A stretch of 63,947 nucleotides of DNA, counting the filler, from Octopus bimaculoides (lineage: Eukaryota): NCBI RefSeq assembly GCF_001194135.2. It is 7 parts of 6 records of this genome, joined end to end, with 100 filler letters (N's around TTAATTAATTAA, not from the genome) between each part and the next. Parts side by side here need not be neighbours in the genome. Positions count along the whole stretch, not along the records: positions 1 to 25,923 come from NC_069007.1; 6 more parts are not named here. One strand, written 5' to 3'. Below are positions 12,799-26,023 of this stretch, piece after piece. Position 1 is the first letter of the stretch, and every line of letters starts with the position of its first letter. Below the pieces are notes generated by a model that was not told the origin of the DNA, did not search any database, and saw only the letters and a list, made by a program, of their open reading frames with translations. A program made the translations under genes and the position numbers.

Positions 12799-13204
12799 GT
12801 CCAGGCTACTGATAGGAAATGCTAAGTTATCTATTGGAAAATGAAAATTCTACCAGTAATGTTAATATCAATGGTTTATCACACTGATCCCTATCAACTA
12901 TAAAGAGGTAGAGGTAGAGAGTGCCATGCCAGCACCAACCATTTCCTATATAAGATAAAGTTATATAAGTTTAGCAATATCTACTGATGGAATTGGGAAC
13001 TTTTGCTGTCCCAGACAAATATAATTATGGAAGTCATATGGCAACACGAGGGGGAAAAACTTTGAGGGAAAAAGAAAGATTAGGCAAAACGCCTGGGCTT
13101 TCTAAAGCATGATGGGAAGAAAGGCTATTTTCAGGTATCAAAGGTCCCTCCCAAGCCATATGTTCATAAGGACAATTTCCCAGATTCTGTGGTGCATATA
13201 TTTC

Positions 13205-13357
13205 CCACTGGATGGGACACTGGTCAATTTTGCCAGCTGAGTGGACAGAACCATTGTGAACTGAAGTGTTTTGCTCAAGAAGACAACACATTGCCTGGTC
13301 CAGGAATTGAAACGACAATCTTAAAATCATGAGTGAAACATGCTAACCACTAAGCCA
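13205..13357 (-). mobile_element. SINE family 3, 5' half
   Basis: Reverse complement of the 8790 head. Confidence 0.75.
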
Positions 13358-13529
13358 GACATATATCTATATACATACATGACTTGGACCTTTGAATTAC
13401 GGGTTTCTGTACAGTATCCATTTATCTATTTTCAATCATAAGGCTGTGGTAAAAGACACTTGTCTGGGATATCCACAAAATACTACTACTACTACTGTTA
13501 CTACTACTACCACCACCACCACCATCAAC

Positions 13530-13955
13530 AGGGCAAGAGCCCTTCTCCTTTAATTCCCTTTTTATAGGTCCTTTCACACAGGCCATTCATCCAACATTCA
13601 CCCATCATTCAACAAACTTGCTAGAAGGCAACACTTCCCTCTCCACCCTCAACTTCCTTTTCAAGTGAAACTTGATAAAGTTTATAAGGACTTAGCCAGA
13701 GAGGAATGTGTCTGACTTTAGCCCTTTCAGATGAGTCCACCATACTACCTCTTTTGCTACAGCCACCAAACAATTAAAAACTGCCTGTCCCTCCCGGCCA
13801 AAGGAGGGCGGTGGGGCAATCTTCACTATGGATTCAGCTGATAGCTGGATCTGTCCTACACACAACAGCAGGTGTTCGACATAAACCTACAAGTTAGCAA
13901 TACTCAGACACTGGACGAGGGCATGCAGAATGGTTTCATCATTCTGCACAAACCT
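13530..13955 (-). mobile_element. Tx1/L1-clade LINE relic, ORF2 C-terminus
   Basis: Minus strand translates DETILHALVQC...VAVAKEVVWWTHLKG...FHLKRKLRVER...KFVE*WV, matching the ET..H.L..C zinc-knuckle end and AK..(I/V)W pattern of L1/Tx1 ORF2; several stops. Confidence 0.65.
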
Positions 13956-14039
13956 TATTATTATATAAGCTCTCCACTTTATATAATAACAACAACAACA
14001 ACAACAACAATAATAATAATAATCATAATAATAATAATA

Positions 14040-14255
14040 ATCCTTTCTACAACAGGCACAAAGCCTGAAATTTGGGGGAGGGGGATAGTTGATTACACCA
14101 ACCCCAGTGTGTAACCGGTACTTATTTAATTGACCCCAAATGGATGAAAGGCAAAGTCGACCTCAGCGGAACTTGAACTTAGAATGTAGCGGCAGATAAA
14201 ATACCATTAAGCATTTCACCCGGCATGCTAACATCTCTGCCAGCTCGCTGCCTTA
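14040..14255 (-). mobile_element. SINE family 2
   Basis: Full consensus, flanked by AAT/ATT repeats. Confidence 0.85.
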
Positions 14256-14699
14256 TATTATTATTATAATGATGATGATGCTGATGATAATGATGATGAT
14301 GATTATGATGTCCTGAATGGTAAATGACCAAATCTTAATAAGTTTATAATTAAAAGAAAAATAATCAAAGTTAAAAAATAAAAAAAAGAAATTGATTATT
14401 CAGACTTTCCTTTGCTGTATTGACTAAACCAAACTATTGAACTGTAAATTATTGATACAGATATATTTAATAAGATATATTGATTGATTTGTATAATTAT
14501 GATTATGTTCAGTTTGAGAAAAATGCCTTATCTCCCAGTCCCCTCCTTGACTTCTACTCGACCACTCCTTCTTCCCCACCACACTCTGTCTCCCACTTGT
14601 ACTCTCTCACACTCTCTCTGCTTCTGCTTTTTTCTTTCTCTTTCCCATTCACCTCTATTAACTTAATCTTATGGTCTCTCTTTTATTCATATTTCCTTT

Positions 14700-15290
14700 G
14701 TTCATCTCTCTCTCTCTCCCTGTCTCAAGTCTTTCTCTCATCTCTATGCCTCTTAGCCTCTCTCTCTCTCTCTCTCCCTCTCACTCTCAAGTCTATCTCT
14801 CCCCCTGCATGACTCTCAGTCTCTCTCTCTCTCTCTCTCCTCTCTTTTGTTCATCTTCTCACTGTCTCAAGTTTCTCTCTCTTTCACTCCCCCATGTCTC
14901 TCAGTCTTTCTCCCATCTCTCTCTGTCACTCTGTGTCTCTTAATCTTTCTCTCCCTCACTCACACTCTCACTCTTTCTATTTATCTCTCTCTCTCACTTT
15001 TTATTTCCCTTTCTCTGTCACTCATTGTACTTCTCTATCCCCTATCTCTCTCTTTCTCTCTCCCCCCTCCCCTTCTCCCCCCCATATCTAACTCACCCAT
15101 CATTACTAATTAATTCCTTTTCCCTGTCTCATTTCTCACCAATCTTTCCCTCCTTTCCTCTCTCTCTCTCTCTCTCTCTCCCTCTCCCACTAATTCTCTC
15201 TCTCTCTTTCTCTCTCCTACCGTTTCTGTCTCACTTTCAATACCTCTCACTTAACTTCACTTTTCTTCTCTCACTCTCTCTCCCATAAGT
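14700..15290 (+). repeat. CT-rich polypyrimidine tract (similar tracts at 16340-16820 and 22550-22870)
   Basis: Degenerate (CT)n with very few purines on the plus strand. Confidence 0.9.
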
Positions 15291-15590
15291 AACATATGTG
15301 AATATGATTAGTTCATATTTACAAGCGAAGCCTCATGGCTCAGTGGTTACAACAGTGTTTTTCAACCTTTTAACCCTTGCATAACCCTTAAAATAAATTA
15401 CATGTCTCAAGGAACCCCTGAGACGATGTTGGTGTGCTTACGTCCCCATAACTTAGCAGTTTGGCAAAAGGAGAGCGATAGAATAAGTACTAGGCTTACA
15501 AAGAATAAGTCCTGGGGTCGGTTTGTTCGACTAAAGGCGGTGCTCCAGCAGGGCCAGTCAAAGGACTGAAACAAATAAAAGAATGAAAGA

Positions 15591-15622
<32 letters not shown>

Positions 15623-16824
15623 NNNNNNNNNNNNNNNNNNNNNNNNNNNNNNNNNNNNNNNNNNNNNNNNNNNNNNNNNNNNNNNNNNNNNNNNNNNNNN
15701 NNNNNNNNNNNNNNNNNNNNNNNNNNNNNNNNNNNNNNNNNNNNNNNNNNNNNNNCTTTTCCGTTTGTTTTCCTGTTTTGTTTTCTGTCTGCCACTACAT
15801 TCCTCCATGGTACAAATTTATTTGTGGTCCATGGGACGAGCCATTTTAATGATGCGTCCTGCCCTAACTCTTCAAAACGCCAGTGTTAGAATGGTGGCAG
15901 CTGATGAAGGAAATGTTCTCTATGTGGCCTGTGTGTTTTTTTGTCTACGTTTTGTTTGCAATGTCCTGTACCCAGATATGCACCTATATATACAGGTAGA
16001 TGTAGGTATGTACATACTTGTACGTATATATGCATATACTCATTTATTATTTGTTTTATATATATATATATATATATATATCCATATATATAGATATATG
16101 TAGACTGGACTTTTGCACAGTTTCCATGTTTAATTTCACTCACAAAACAATCAGCAAATCTGAGGCTAGGGTAAAAGACATTTCTCTCCAAAGTGCCACA
16201 TGGTAGGATTGATCCCAGGACCCATATTGTTGCAAACGAAGCATCTTAACCACACAGCCGTGCCTTAAAAAGAACTCCCGAAATATTTGAAATTTAAACA
16301 GAATAGAGGTTTGTCAAACTAAGAAAGCAACCAGCCTAGATTTCTCTCAATCTCTCTCTCATTCTCTCTGTCTCTTTCTCTTGTTCTTTCACTCTGTCTG
16401 TCTATCTCTCTTTCTCTCTTCAACTCTATTTGTCCTTTGAATGTTTGCATGTCTCTCTTTGTTTCTCTCTCTCTCTCCTTCTTCTCCACTTTCTCCTGCT
16501 CTGTTTACACGTCTCTCCCTGTCACACTATCTCTCTCTCTCGCTCTCTCTCTCTCTTCCACTCTATCATTCGCTCTCTCCTTCCTACTCTTTCTGTCTCT
16601 CTCTCCTTCCTACTTTCTCTCTCTCTCTCTCCCTACAACGTCTCTCTCTCTCTTCCCCCCCTCTCTCTTCCACTCTATCTGAATTTTCCCTCTTTCCTAC
16701 TCTCTCTGTCTCTTTCTTTCCTATTCTGTCCGTCTGTCTACCCCCCTCAGTCCATGTCTCTCTCTCTCTCTCTCTTTATCATTCCTGCACCATCTTTCTG
16801 TCCCATATTGTTTCTCTCTCCTAG

Positions 16825-17354
16825 CTGACTGTCTGTCTCTATCTATCTATCTATCTATCAATCGATCTATCTTTCTGTTTGTCTATCTGTCTATCTATCT
16901 ATCCATCCATCCATTCAACCATCCAGCCATCTGACCATCCAGTTGTCCATCTATCCGTCTGTCTGGCCATCTGGTCATTTGTCTATCTATCTGTCTAATT
17001 ATCCAATCATCTATCTGTCTATCTGTCCGTTCATCCATACATCCAGCCAGCCAGCCAGTCAACCAGCCATCCAACTATCCAACCATCAAGCTGTCTGTCC
17101 ATCTGTTCATCCCTTCATTTGTCCATCCATCTGTCTGTCTATCTAACTATTTATTTATCTGTCTATCTATCTGTTTGTCTATCTGCCTGTCTGCCTTTCA
17201 ATCTATCAATCCATCCACCCAACCAGCCATCCTATCTATCTATCTATCTATCTATCCATCTATCTATCTATCCATCTATCTATCTATCCATCAATCTATC
17301 TCTCTCTCTATCTATTTATCTACCTACCTACCTACCTACCTATCTATCTATCTA

Positions 17355-17389
<35 letters not shown>

Positions 17390-17520
17390 CTACCAATCTA
17401 TCTATCTATCTACCAATCCATCCATCCATCCATCTATCTATTTATCTACCTATCCATCCGTCCATCTGTCTATCTGTCTGTCTATCTACCTATCCATCCA
17501 TCTATTTGTCTTTCTATCCA
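16825..17520 (+). repeat. Compound tetranucleotide array (TCTA/TCCA/TCTG/CCAG/CCTA)
   Basis: About 700 bp; similar arrays at 9340-9480, 11700-12190 (GATA/GACA) and 43240-43470. Confidence 0.9.
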
Positions 17521-17928
17521 TAGCTCTATCTCTAAAAAATCCCTTCCATCTCCAATAGCCTTCAATAACACTACTGAGTTATTAATCCCATTCTATATAA
17601 TTTAAGAATGTTGTTTACAATTTCTGGACCATGCCAGTGAGTTCCTGCAAAAACACAACAGCAACGGACAAATGTCCAATGAATAGTTAATCCAAGCTAA
17701 GGATTAGCACAAAGAATAAAGATTTGTAATCAATTGTTTTCGACTTTGATATGAAAATCTAACAATTGGACAGTTAGTTTTTTCTCTCTGTCGACTGGTT
17801 TAGTTTCACAAATCCACAGGATTACCAATATATATATAAAACTTTGTTGTTGTGGAGACAAGGAGACAAATGCACAAAGACACATGCACACTCGTATACA
17901 AGCATATATGAACCCACATACATGGTAT

Positions 17929-18506
17929 GGCTGTATGGTAAGAAGTTTGCTGCCTAACCACACTGGTTCTGGGTTCAATTCCCACCATGTAGCACCTTGG
18001 ACAAGTGTTTTTGTTCTATATAGCCTTGCACTGACCAAAGCTCTGTGAGTTGATTTGGTAGAGGGAAACTGAGTGAAGCCTGTCGTGTATATTCCTTTAT
18101 TCTTCTGTTCTTTTACTTGTTTCAGTCATCTGACTGTGGCCATGCTGGAGCACCATCTTGAAGGGCTTTAGTTGAACAAAATGACCCCAGGACTTATTTT
18201 GTAAATATTTTTAATAGCCTAGTACTTATTATATAGGTCTCTTTGGCCAAACAACTAAGTTATGGTGACATAAACACACCAACACCGGTTGTCAAGCAGT
18301 AATGGAGGGACAAATGCAGACACAAAGACACACACACATATATAAGTGTGTATATATACTCTTACTCTTTTAGTTGTTTCAGTCATTCTTTGTAAGCCTA
18401 GTACTTATTCTATCAGTCTCTTATGCCGAACCGCTAAGTTACGGGGTCGTAAACACACCAGCATCGGTTGTCAAGCGATGTTGGGGGGACAAACACAGAC
18501 ACACAA

Positions 18507-18561
<55 letters not shown>

Positions 18562-18728
18562 TACGACGGGCTTCTTTCAGTTTCTATCTACCAAATCCAC
18601 TCACAAGGCTTTGGTCTGCCCGAGGCTATAGAAGAAGACATTTGCCGAAGGTGCCACGCAGTAGGACTGAACCCAGAACCATGTGGTTGGAAAGCAAGCT
18701 ACTTACCACACAGCCACTCCTACGCCTA
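17929..18728. mobile_element. Cluster of SINE family 1 pieces (+17929-18090, -18100-18335, -18360-18728)
   Basis: Recognisable head, body and tail segments in both orientations. Confidence 0.85.
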
Positions 18729-19129
18729 TATATAAGTGTGTATATATATATATTGGTATTTATAAAAGCTGAAGGCTTATAGCAATCACAGTGCAATGAC
18801 TAAGGAAAATAGTTCAATAATGGTGTGTATAAGCTCTCGACAGAAAAAAGTAGGCTTTCCCATCTGCACCATGTAAATAGCATGCCNNNNNNNNNNNNNN
18901 NNNNNNNNNNNNNNNNNNNNNNNNNNNNNNNNNNNNNNNNNNNNNNNNNNNNNNNNNNNNNNNNNNNNNNNNNNNNNNNNNNNNNNNNNNNNNNNNNNNN
19001 NNNNNNNNNNNNNNNNNNNNNNNNNNNNNNNNNNNNNNNNNNNNNNNNNNNNNNNNNNNNNNNNNNNNNNNNNNNNNNNNNNNNNNNNNNNNNNNNNNNN
19101 NGTCGGACAGATATTTATTTGCAGAAAGG

Positions 19130-19955
19130 AAAGTGTGTAGGCAGTGTTCAATGTATGTTTAATATATTTCTTTGTTTCATCTGTCTTTACGTTCTGAGTT
19201 CAACTTTGCCTTTCAGCCTTTCGGGGTCAATAAATTACGTACCAGTTGCGTACTGGGGGGTCGATCTAATTAACTGGCCCCTTCCCCAAAAAATTTCAGG
19301 CCTTGTGCCTAGAGTAGAAAAGAATATTAACGGCAGCGAACTGGCGGAAACGTTAGCATGCCGGGCGAAATGCTTAGCGGTATTTCATGTCTTTACATTC
19401 TGAGTTCAAATTCCACTGAAGTCACCTTTGCCTTTCATCCTTTCGGGGTCAATAAATTAAGTACCAGTTGCGTACTTGAGTTGATCTAATCATCTAGCCC
19501 CTTTCCCAAAAATTTCAGGTTTTGTGCCTTGAGTAGAAAAGAATATATTTCTTTGTCTTAAGGCAGCAAGACATCAGAATCGGTAAGACAATGGACAAAA
19601 TACTCAGAGGCCTTTTGTCTGTCCTTTTGTTCTGAGTTCAAATTCTGCCGAGGTCTACTTAGCCTTTCATCATTCCAAGGTCGATAAAATTAGTATCAGT
19701 TGAATATCGGGGTTGGCATAATCAACTACCCCACATGCTGGCCTTGTACCAAAAATTTAGAGGAGGCAGTGAGTTGGTAGAATCATTAGCAACCAGGTAA
19801 AATGCTTTGCAGCATTACATTCTGAGTTCAAATTTCGCCAAGGTGGACCTAGCCTTTCTTTCTTCCAGGGTGGGTAAAATAAGTACCAGTTGAATATAAT
19901 CTACTATCCCCCTCCCCCAAAATTGCTGGCTTTGTGTCAAAATTTGACATCAATA
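19130..19955 (+). mobile_element. Four tandem copies of tRNA-derived SINE family 2 (core GCCTTTCATCCTTTCGGGGTCGATAAA..AAGTACCAG, resembling the Meta/MESC-type domain)
   Basis: Box B GAGTTCAAATTC and central core repeated four times at decreasing identity. Confidence 0.85.
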
Positions 19956-19989
19956 TATTTCTTAGTCTGATTTAGCTAAATAATTAAAT

Positions 19990-20385
19990 GGCGTAGTAGT
20001 GGCTGTGTGGTAAGTAGCTTGCTTACCAACCACATGGTCCCGGGTTCAGTCCCACTGCATGGCATCTTGGGCAAGTGTTTTCTACTATAGCCTCAAGCCA
20101 ACCACATCCTTGTGGTAGACGGAAACTGAAAGAAGCCCGCTGTATATATGTATATATATATGTATGTGTGTATGTGTTTGTGTGTCTGTGTTTGTCCCTC
20201 CCAACATCGCTTGACAACCGATGCTGGTGTGTTTATGTCCCCGTAACTTAGCAGTTCAGCAAAAGACTCCAACTGAAAAAGTACTAGGCTTCTAAAGAAT
20301 AAGTCCTGGGGTCGATTTGCTCGACTAAAGGCAGTGCTCCAGCATGGCCACAGTCAATAGACTGAAACAAGTAAAAGAGTAAAAG
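19990..20385 (+). mobile_element. SINE family 1, full length
   Basis: GGCTGTGTGGTAAGTAGC head, internal TA/TG repeat, GTAAAAGAGTAAAAG tail. Confidence 0.9.
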
Positions 20386-20720
20386 GGTAAATGAAGAATT
20401 TAACGATTTAACAGGAACCAAAACTTGCTGATTCTCTGATACCATTCTAAGAGACCAAATCAATTTAGAAAAATATATGGAACTTGTATGTTGTGAAGCT
20501 GACAAGAATTATCTTGAAGTGGGGGAAAGAGTGTATTATTAATGGGGTGTCTGCCTTATTGGGGTGTGCATGTGTGTACATGGGTGCATTGGTGTGTGTC
20601 TTGGTCAGACTCTTCTTTTCTGGGCACAAGGCCATTGGTGGAAGGTCGTTTGCAGAAGGTCAAGGCAGGGGTCCTGTCGTTTCAGTCATGGTGGGGTATG
20701 CAGGTACAATACATACATAA

Positions 20721-20789
<69 letters not shown>

Positions 20790-20955
20790 TACGACGGGCT
20801 TCTTTCAGTTTCCGTCTACCAAATCTACTCACAAGGCTTTCGTCGGCCTGAGGCTATAGTAAAAGACACTTGCCCAAGGTACCACGCAGTGGGAATGAAC
20901 CCGGGACCATGTGGTTGATAAGCAAGCTACTTACCACACAGCCACTCCTGCGCTT
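20790..20955 (-). mobile_element. SINE family 1, 5' half
   Basis: Same consensus; starts at a (TA)n tract. Confidence 0.85.
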
Positions 20956-21275
20956 ATGTCATATATATATATATATAATATAATATACTATATATATATA
21001 TATATATATCTATGTACGCATGTATGTATCTATGTATGTATAGATATGTACATGTCCAGCAGGCTGGCATCATTAGGGAGAGCTGCAACAATACATACTC
21101 ATCCAAGGGGCATAACACATAGCCCAATACCCTGGTCCTTTTTTCACTTTACCACATTTTTCCCTACAGCTACTGACCAGTCGTGTTAATCCACCTCTGA
21201 CAATAGAGAGTAGTCACCGTATTCCCTTCCATATCGGCTGTACATATATACATACATATCTATCTATCTATCTAT

Positions 21276-21314
<39 letters not shown>

Positions 21315-21317
<3 letters not shown>

Positions 21318-21570
21318 CATTAGGAAGGGTTCCAACCATAAAAACTATGCCAAAACAAACGTTTCTGGTGGTGGGTGCCATGCAAAATGCACCCAGTCCA
21401 CTCTACAAAGTGATTGGTCTTAGGAAGTGCATCAAGCTGTAGAAATCATGCCAAAACCGGCAAATAAAGCTTGGTGCAGTCCTTTAATCCATCCAACCCA
21501 TGCCAGCATGGAAAACAGGCAGTAAATGGTGATGGTGATGACAATGATGATGATGATGATGACGATGATA
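21315..21570 (+). mobile_element. RTE-type 3' end with (GAT)n tail
   Basis: CCAACCCATGCCAGCATGGAAAAC followed by (TGA)n. Confidence 0.65.
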
Positions 21571-22000
21571 TATATAAAAACACACAGACATAAATATGTA
21601 CGTGTGCACACACACATTTGGATATTACATTTGTGATTTTGCAATAAAACTATTATAATTAATATTTTCAATAATTATAATGAGGCTAATTTTGATTTTA
21701 AAGAATTAGCAATACCATTGATAGACTGCAGCATCCTTCTAAAATGTTATAAAATTACGATATAATATCTTTGCAAGGTAGGTATTAAGATATAATGTAT
21801 ACTAATTAGTGTTTGAAATTTATTGGTCAATAAAACAATTAATCTGGTAAAATTAATAATTAAGAAAACACATCTTTTATCTTTTACTTGTTTCAGCCAT
21901 TACATTGTGGCCATACTGGAGCACCACCTTCAAGAATTTTTAGCCAAATCAATCGACACCTGTACTTATATTGTTTTAAGCCTGGTACTTATTTTATTGA

Positions 22001-22538
22001 TTTGGCACTGCTTATTTGGCGCCACCTATTTGGTGCTGCCTATTTGACACCACCTGTTTAGTGCCGCCTATTTGACACTGCCTATTTGGCACCACCTGTT
22101 TAGTGCCACCTATTTGGCACTACCTATTCGACACTGCCTATTTGGCGCCACCTATTTGGCGCCACCTATTTGGCACCACCTATTTGGCGCCACCTATTTG
22201 GCGCCACCTATTAGGCGCCACCTATTTGACATCACCTATTTGGCACCCTTATTTGGTACCACCTATTTGATGCAATCCATTTGGTGCTGCCTATTTGGCA
22301 CCACCTATTTGGCACCACCTATTTGGCGCCACCTATTAGGCACCACCTATTTGACATCGCCTATTTGGCACCGCCTATTTGGCACTCCCTATTTGGTACC
22401 ACCTATTTGGTGCAATCCATTTGGTGCCGCCTATTTGGCACCACCTATTTGGCACCACCTATTTGGCGCCACCTATTAGGCACCACCTATTTGACATCGC
22501 CTATTTGGCACCGCCTATTTGGCACTCCCTATTTGGTA
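22001..22538 (+). repeat. 14-bp minisatellite (GGCRCCACCTATTT)n, about 38 units, 140-bp higher-order repeat
   Basis: Variant units recur at 140-bp spacing: TGCAATCC at 22271/22411, TTAGG at 22336/22476; ends at a 10-N gap. Confidence 0.95.
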
Positions 22539-23505
22539 NNNNNNNNNNACTCTGGCCCACCCACTCTCTCTCTCCCTCCTTCTGTCTATGACTCTTCCAC
22601 TCTCTCTCTTTCTACTCTCTCTCCCACTCTCTCCTCCATTCTCTTTCTACCCCCTCTCTCCCCTTCACTCTTTCTCTACTCTTCTCTCCTACCCACTCTC
22701 TTTCCCCACACTTTCTCCATTGTCTCTCCCCCACTCTCTCTTTCTCCGCCCTCTCTCCCTCTCACAGTTTACATCTCTCCCACTCTCTCTTTCTTTTCCA
22801 TATTTACATGTGAACATCTAGCAATGATTGTACGTATGTATAACATCTCTCCACACCTCTCTCTCTCTCTGTTTACATACGTGCAAGCATATTTCTCTTT
22901 CAGTGTATGAGGAGAAGGGAATGTATTTACACCAATCAGGTTCAATTATTGAAAAATCATAATCTTTCTCTCTCTTTCTTTTGTCACGTTACCTAGCGAC
23001 CTCACTAGTGCTGGTGCTACAAAAGAACAGATCTCTAAATAACCAACAGATACATGGACACATAGATAAAATGATTGATAACTCAATAAATCTAACAATG
23101 GTACGGAATTTCAGGCTTTGCCATTTTTGCCTTCATTCAACGGTCATATTGATTTCAGTTGACATTCATGTTGAATCATATTCTTTAAGTAGATTCAAGA
23201 GGACCATATTTAACATTGGAAATTCTTGGATTTTAATGCGCACACACACACACACATTCACACCCACATAAACATTCACACACGCACACAAACATTCACA
23301 CGCATATATTCACACACACACACATAAACATTCACACGCATATATTCACACACACACGCACGTTCACACACATGCACACAAACATTCACATACATATGCA
23401 CATTCACATACACACTCATTCACACACACATTCACACCCACACACTCATTCACACACACACACACACATTCACACACACATGCGTGCGCACACATACACA
23501 TCTGT

Positions 23506-23541
23506 TAGGTGGCACCAAATAGGCAGTGCCAAATAAGCAGT
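23506..23541 (-). repeat. Inverted short copy (about 2.5 units) of the 14-bp minisatellite
   Basis: Reverse complement is ACTGCTTATTTGGCACTGCCTATTTGGTGCCACCTA. Confidence 0.9.
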
Positions 23542-24065
23542 TGGGATATGAGAGGTTTAGTCCACTTTGAACTTTTAAACCCAAACCAAATGATAACAAA
23601 GGAGATCTCCTGCCCCAGCTTGAGCGGCTTAAGTCGGTGCTAGAAGAAAAATGACCATCTTTGGTTTCAAGACATAAGGTATTCTTCCATCAGGTTAATG
23701 CTTGGCCATATACAGTGAGGATGACATTCCAAAGGTTGGAGCAGTTTGAATGGAAGATGATACCCCACCAACCATATTCACCAGACATTGCCCCATCTGA
23801 TTATCATTTATTCCACAGTCTTCAAAATTATTTGGACAGAAAAATATGAATTCTGTAGACAAGATCAGAATAGTACTGGAGGAGTATTTTTTATCACGGA
23901 CAAGTAAATTTTGGAAGAGGGGCCTTGGAAGTCCACCAGATAGTTGGCAGAGCATTGTAGAAAATGAAGGAGAGTATATTTTAGATTGAAAAAAAAATTC
24001 TGTTTATCTTAACTTTGAAAAATAAAAGAAGTATAAAAATCTGCATTATTTATGGGATGACCCAA
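23542..24065 (+). mobile_element. Mariner relic, same family, 3' half with right TIR
   Basis: WDMRGLVHFELL, FFHQVNAWPY, YSPDIAPSDYHLF; same TIR plus TA. Confidence 0.9.
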
Positions 24066-24169
24066 TATATATATACATACACACATTCATACATGCATAT
24101 ATATGTATATACAGGCATAGGNNNNNNNNNNNNNNNNNNNNNNNNNNNNNNNNNNNNTATGTATGTATA

Positions 24170-24410
24170 TGTGTGCGATGAGTATTACATTGAGAAGGAG
24201 AACCACTCTACATAAAGAGCAAATCTGTTTCCCGCAATACAGACTAATTCCTCTCAGTGAACATATAGAAAAATGTGCAGATAACATCAAACCAAATTTC
24301 ACAGTCTTCCCCTTCTACCAGTGCAAAGACACAATCCCTCCATAAGAATGTTTAAATAAAGAAGCTTTCTTCATTGAAAAATACAGAACATGTTTTAATA
24401 TGCATGCATA
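24170..24410 (+). pseudogene. Penelope-like GIY-YIG C-terminal relic
   Basis: RTTLHKEQICFPQYRLIPLSEHIEKC...FTVFPFYQC...NKEAFFIEKY aligns by eye with the 42270-42670 relic. Confidence 0.7.
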
Positions 24411-25110
24411 ACCAACTTTTATCCTTTTACATATTTCAATTCACGATTACATCACTGTACATAAATCCCCTCGCTGAACAAGTTTTTCGAAACCCCTATT
24501 CTTTTGTGTGTGTGTGTGTGTGTATACATACATATTCCCCTCCCGTTACTGAAAGCTGAACAGTTATCTCCCTTGCCCACAACAATAACAATAATAATGA
24601 TAACCAATTACCTCCCCTGATTTTTCTACTTGTGAAGTCATTCACTCGTAAAAATCATTATACACAACATGCACAAAAATTTCTTCTTAAGAAAATACAT
24701 ATTCATCTAAGTAAACCATATTATGAATAGCGAAAGCGAAACCGGTCGATATATTAAAAATTATATTAAAACTATGTAAAGTGTGTGTATTTTTTAATTT
24801 CTTATATATATATGTGTGTGTGTATGTGTAAATATATATATATATATATATATATATAATCATTATTGAGCATTCTATCAATATTACTTAGAAAAAGGTC
24901 CAACAAAGAAGATAAAATAACAATGAAAAAGAAGAACATAAATGAAGTAAGGCTCTTCCAGAAGTTTCTTTAGATATGACGAACTGACACAAACAACTGA
25001 CACAAACGAACTGACACACACACACACATCAAGTCCATTGAAGGGATATTTTTTTCAATGAATATATAAATTAAAGATAGCTTTGTGAAATATCTGGATG
25101 TGTGTGTGCA

Positions 25111-25212
<102 letters not shown>

Positions 25213-25294
25213 TGATATATATACACAAATGTCTATTATATCTATCTATCTATATCTCTACCGCTATATCTATCTACCTATCTATTTATTTATC

Positions 25295-25347
<53 letters not shown>

Positions 25348-25881
25348 TAGATAGGTTAGTATGTATGTATTTATGTATATTTAAGCTCAGTCTTACACTG
25401 CAGCATTGATTTACAGAGAAGTGGCTGATGCTTTTAAGATTAGGAAACATGGAAAGATGCGTCAAGCATGGCAGAATTTCAGATTGATGAGTGTTCTTAT
25501 AGTTTATGGCGAGGTTAATTTTGACGAAGGAAAGGATATATTCTGCAATTTAATTGCATACACCACCATCAAATCTCATTCTTTTCTGGCTTTTTTTTTC
25601 ATGTGTTATCTGTTTGCTTACTGTTGTTTGTTTTTTTTTGTTTCCTTTTTTTTTATTTTTACTTCAATAGTTGTGTATCATTATGTGTGTGTCCGTGTGT
25701 CTCTATGTTGTTTGATGCAAGATGTTTATCTCTGAGTTTTTCTGGTGTTGATGTGCGTGGGCAGGAAACTTTTTAAACTATCTATCTATCTATCTATCAA
25801 TCAATCAAACTATTTATCTCACTTATACCCTCTTTTTTATTTCTCTCCTTCTCTTTCTCTGCCTCTCACTCTCACACCCTG

Positions 25882-25923
<42 letters not shown>

Positions 25924-26023
25924 NNNNNNNNNNNNNNNNNNNNNNNNNNNNNNNNNNNNNNNNNNNNTTAATTAATTAANNNNNNNNNNNNNNNNNNNNN
26001 NNNNNNNNNNNNNNNNNNNNNNN
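25924..26023. other. Artificial 100-bp assembly spacer; the same 12-mer also at 32693, 35138, 41603, 54368 and 57422
   Basis: 44 N + TTAATTAATTAA + 44 N; the identical 12-mer isolated between N runs six times gives stops in all six frames. Confidence 0.97.

Noticed and set aside
17619-17644. Minus-strand micro-exon reading THWHGPEI (multicopper oxidase-like HWHG)
   Set aside because: Good acceptor but weak donor, 26 nt, all three frames open, no partner exons found.
22001-22538. CRISPR-like array; ORFs 22072-22479 and 22281-22910
   Set aside because: Units are contiguous with no unique spacers, no cas genes, eukaryotic context; the ORFs are translations of the repeat.
25968-25979. Conserved TTAATTAATTAA motif seen six times; apparent stop codon of the long ORF
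   Set aside because: Always isolated between N runs of the same length; an assembly spacer, not biology.
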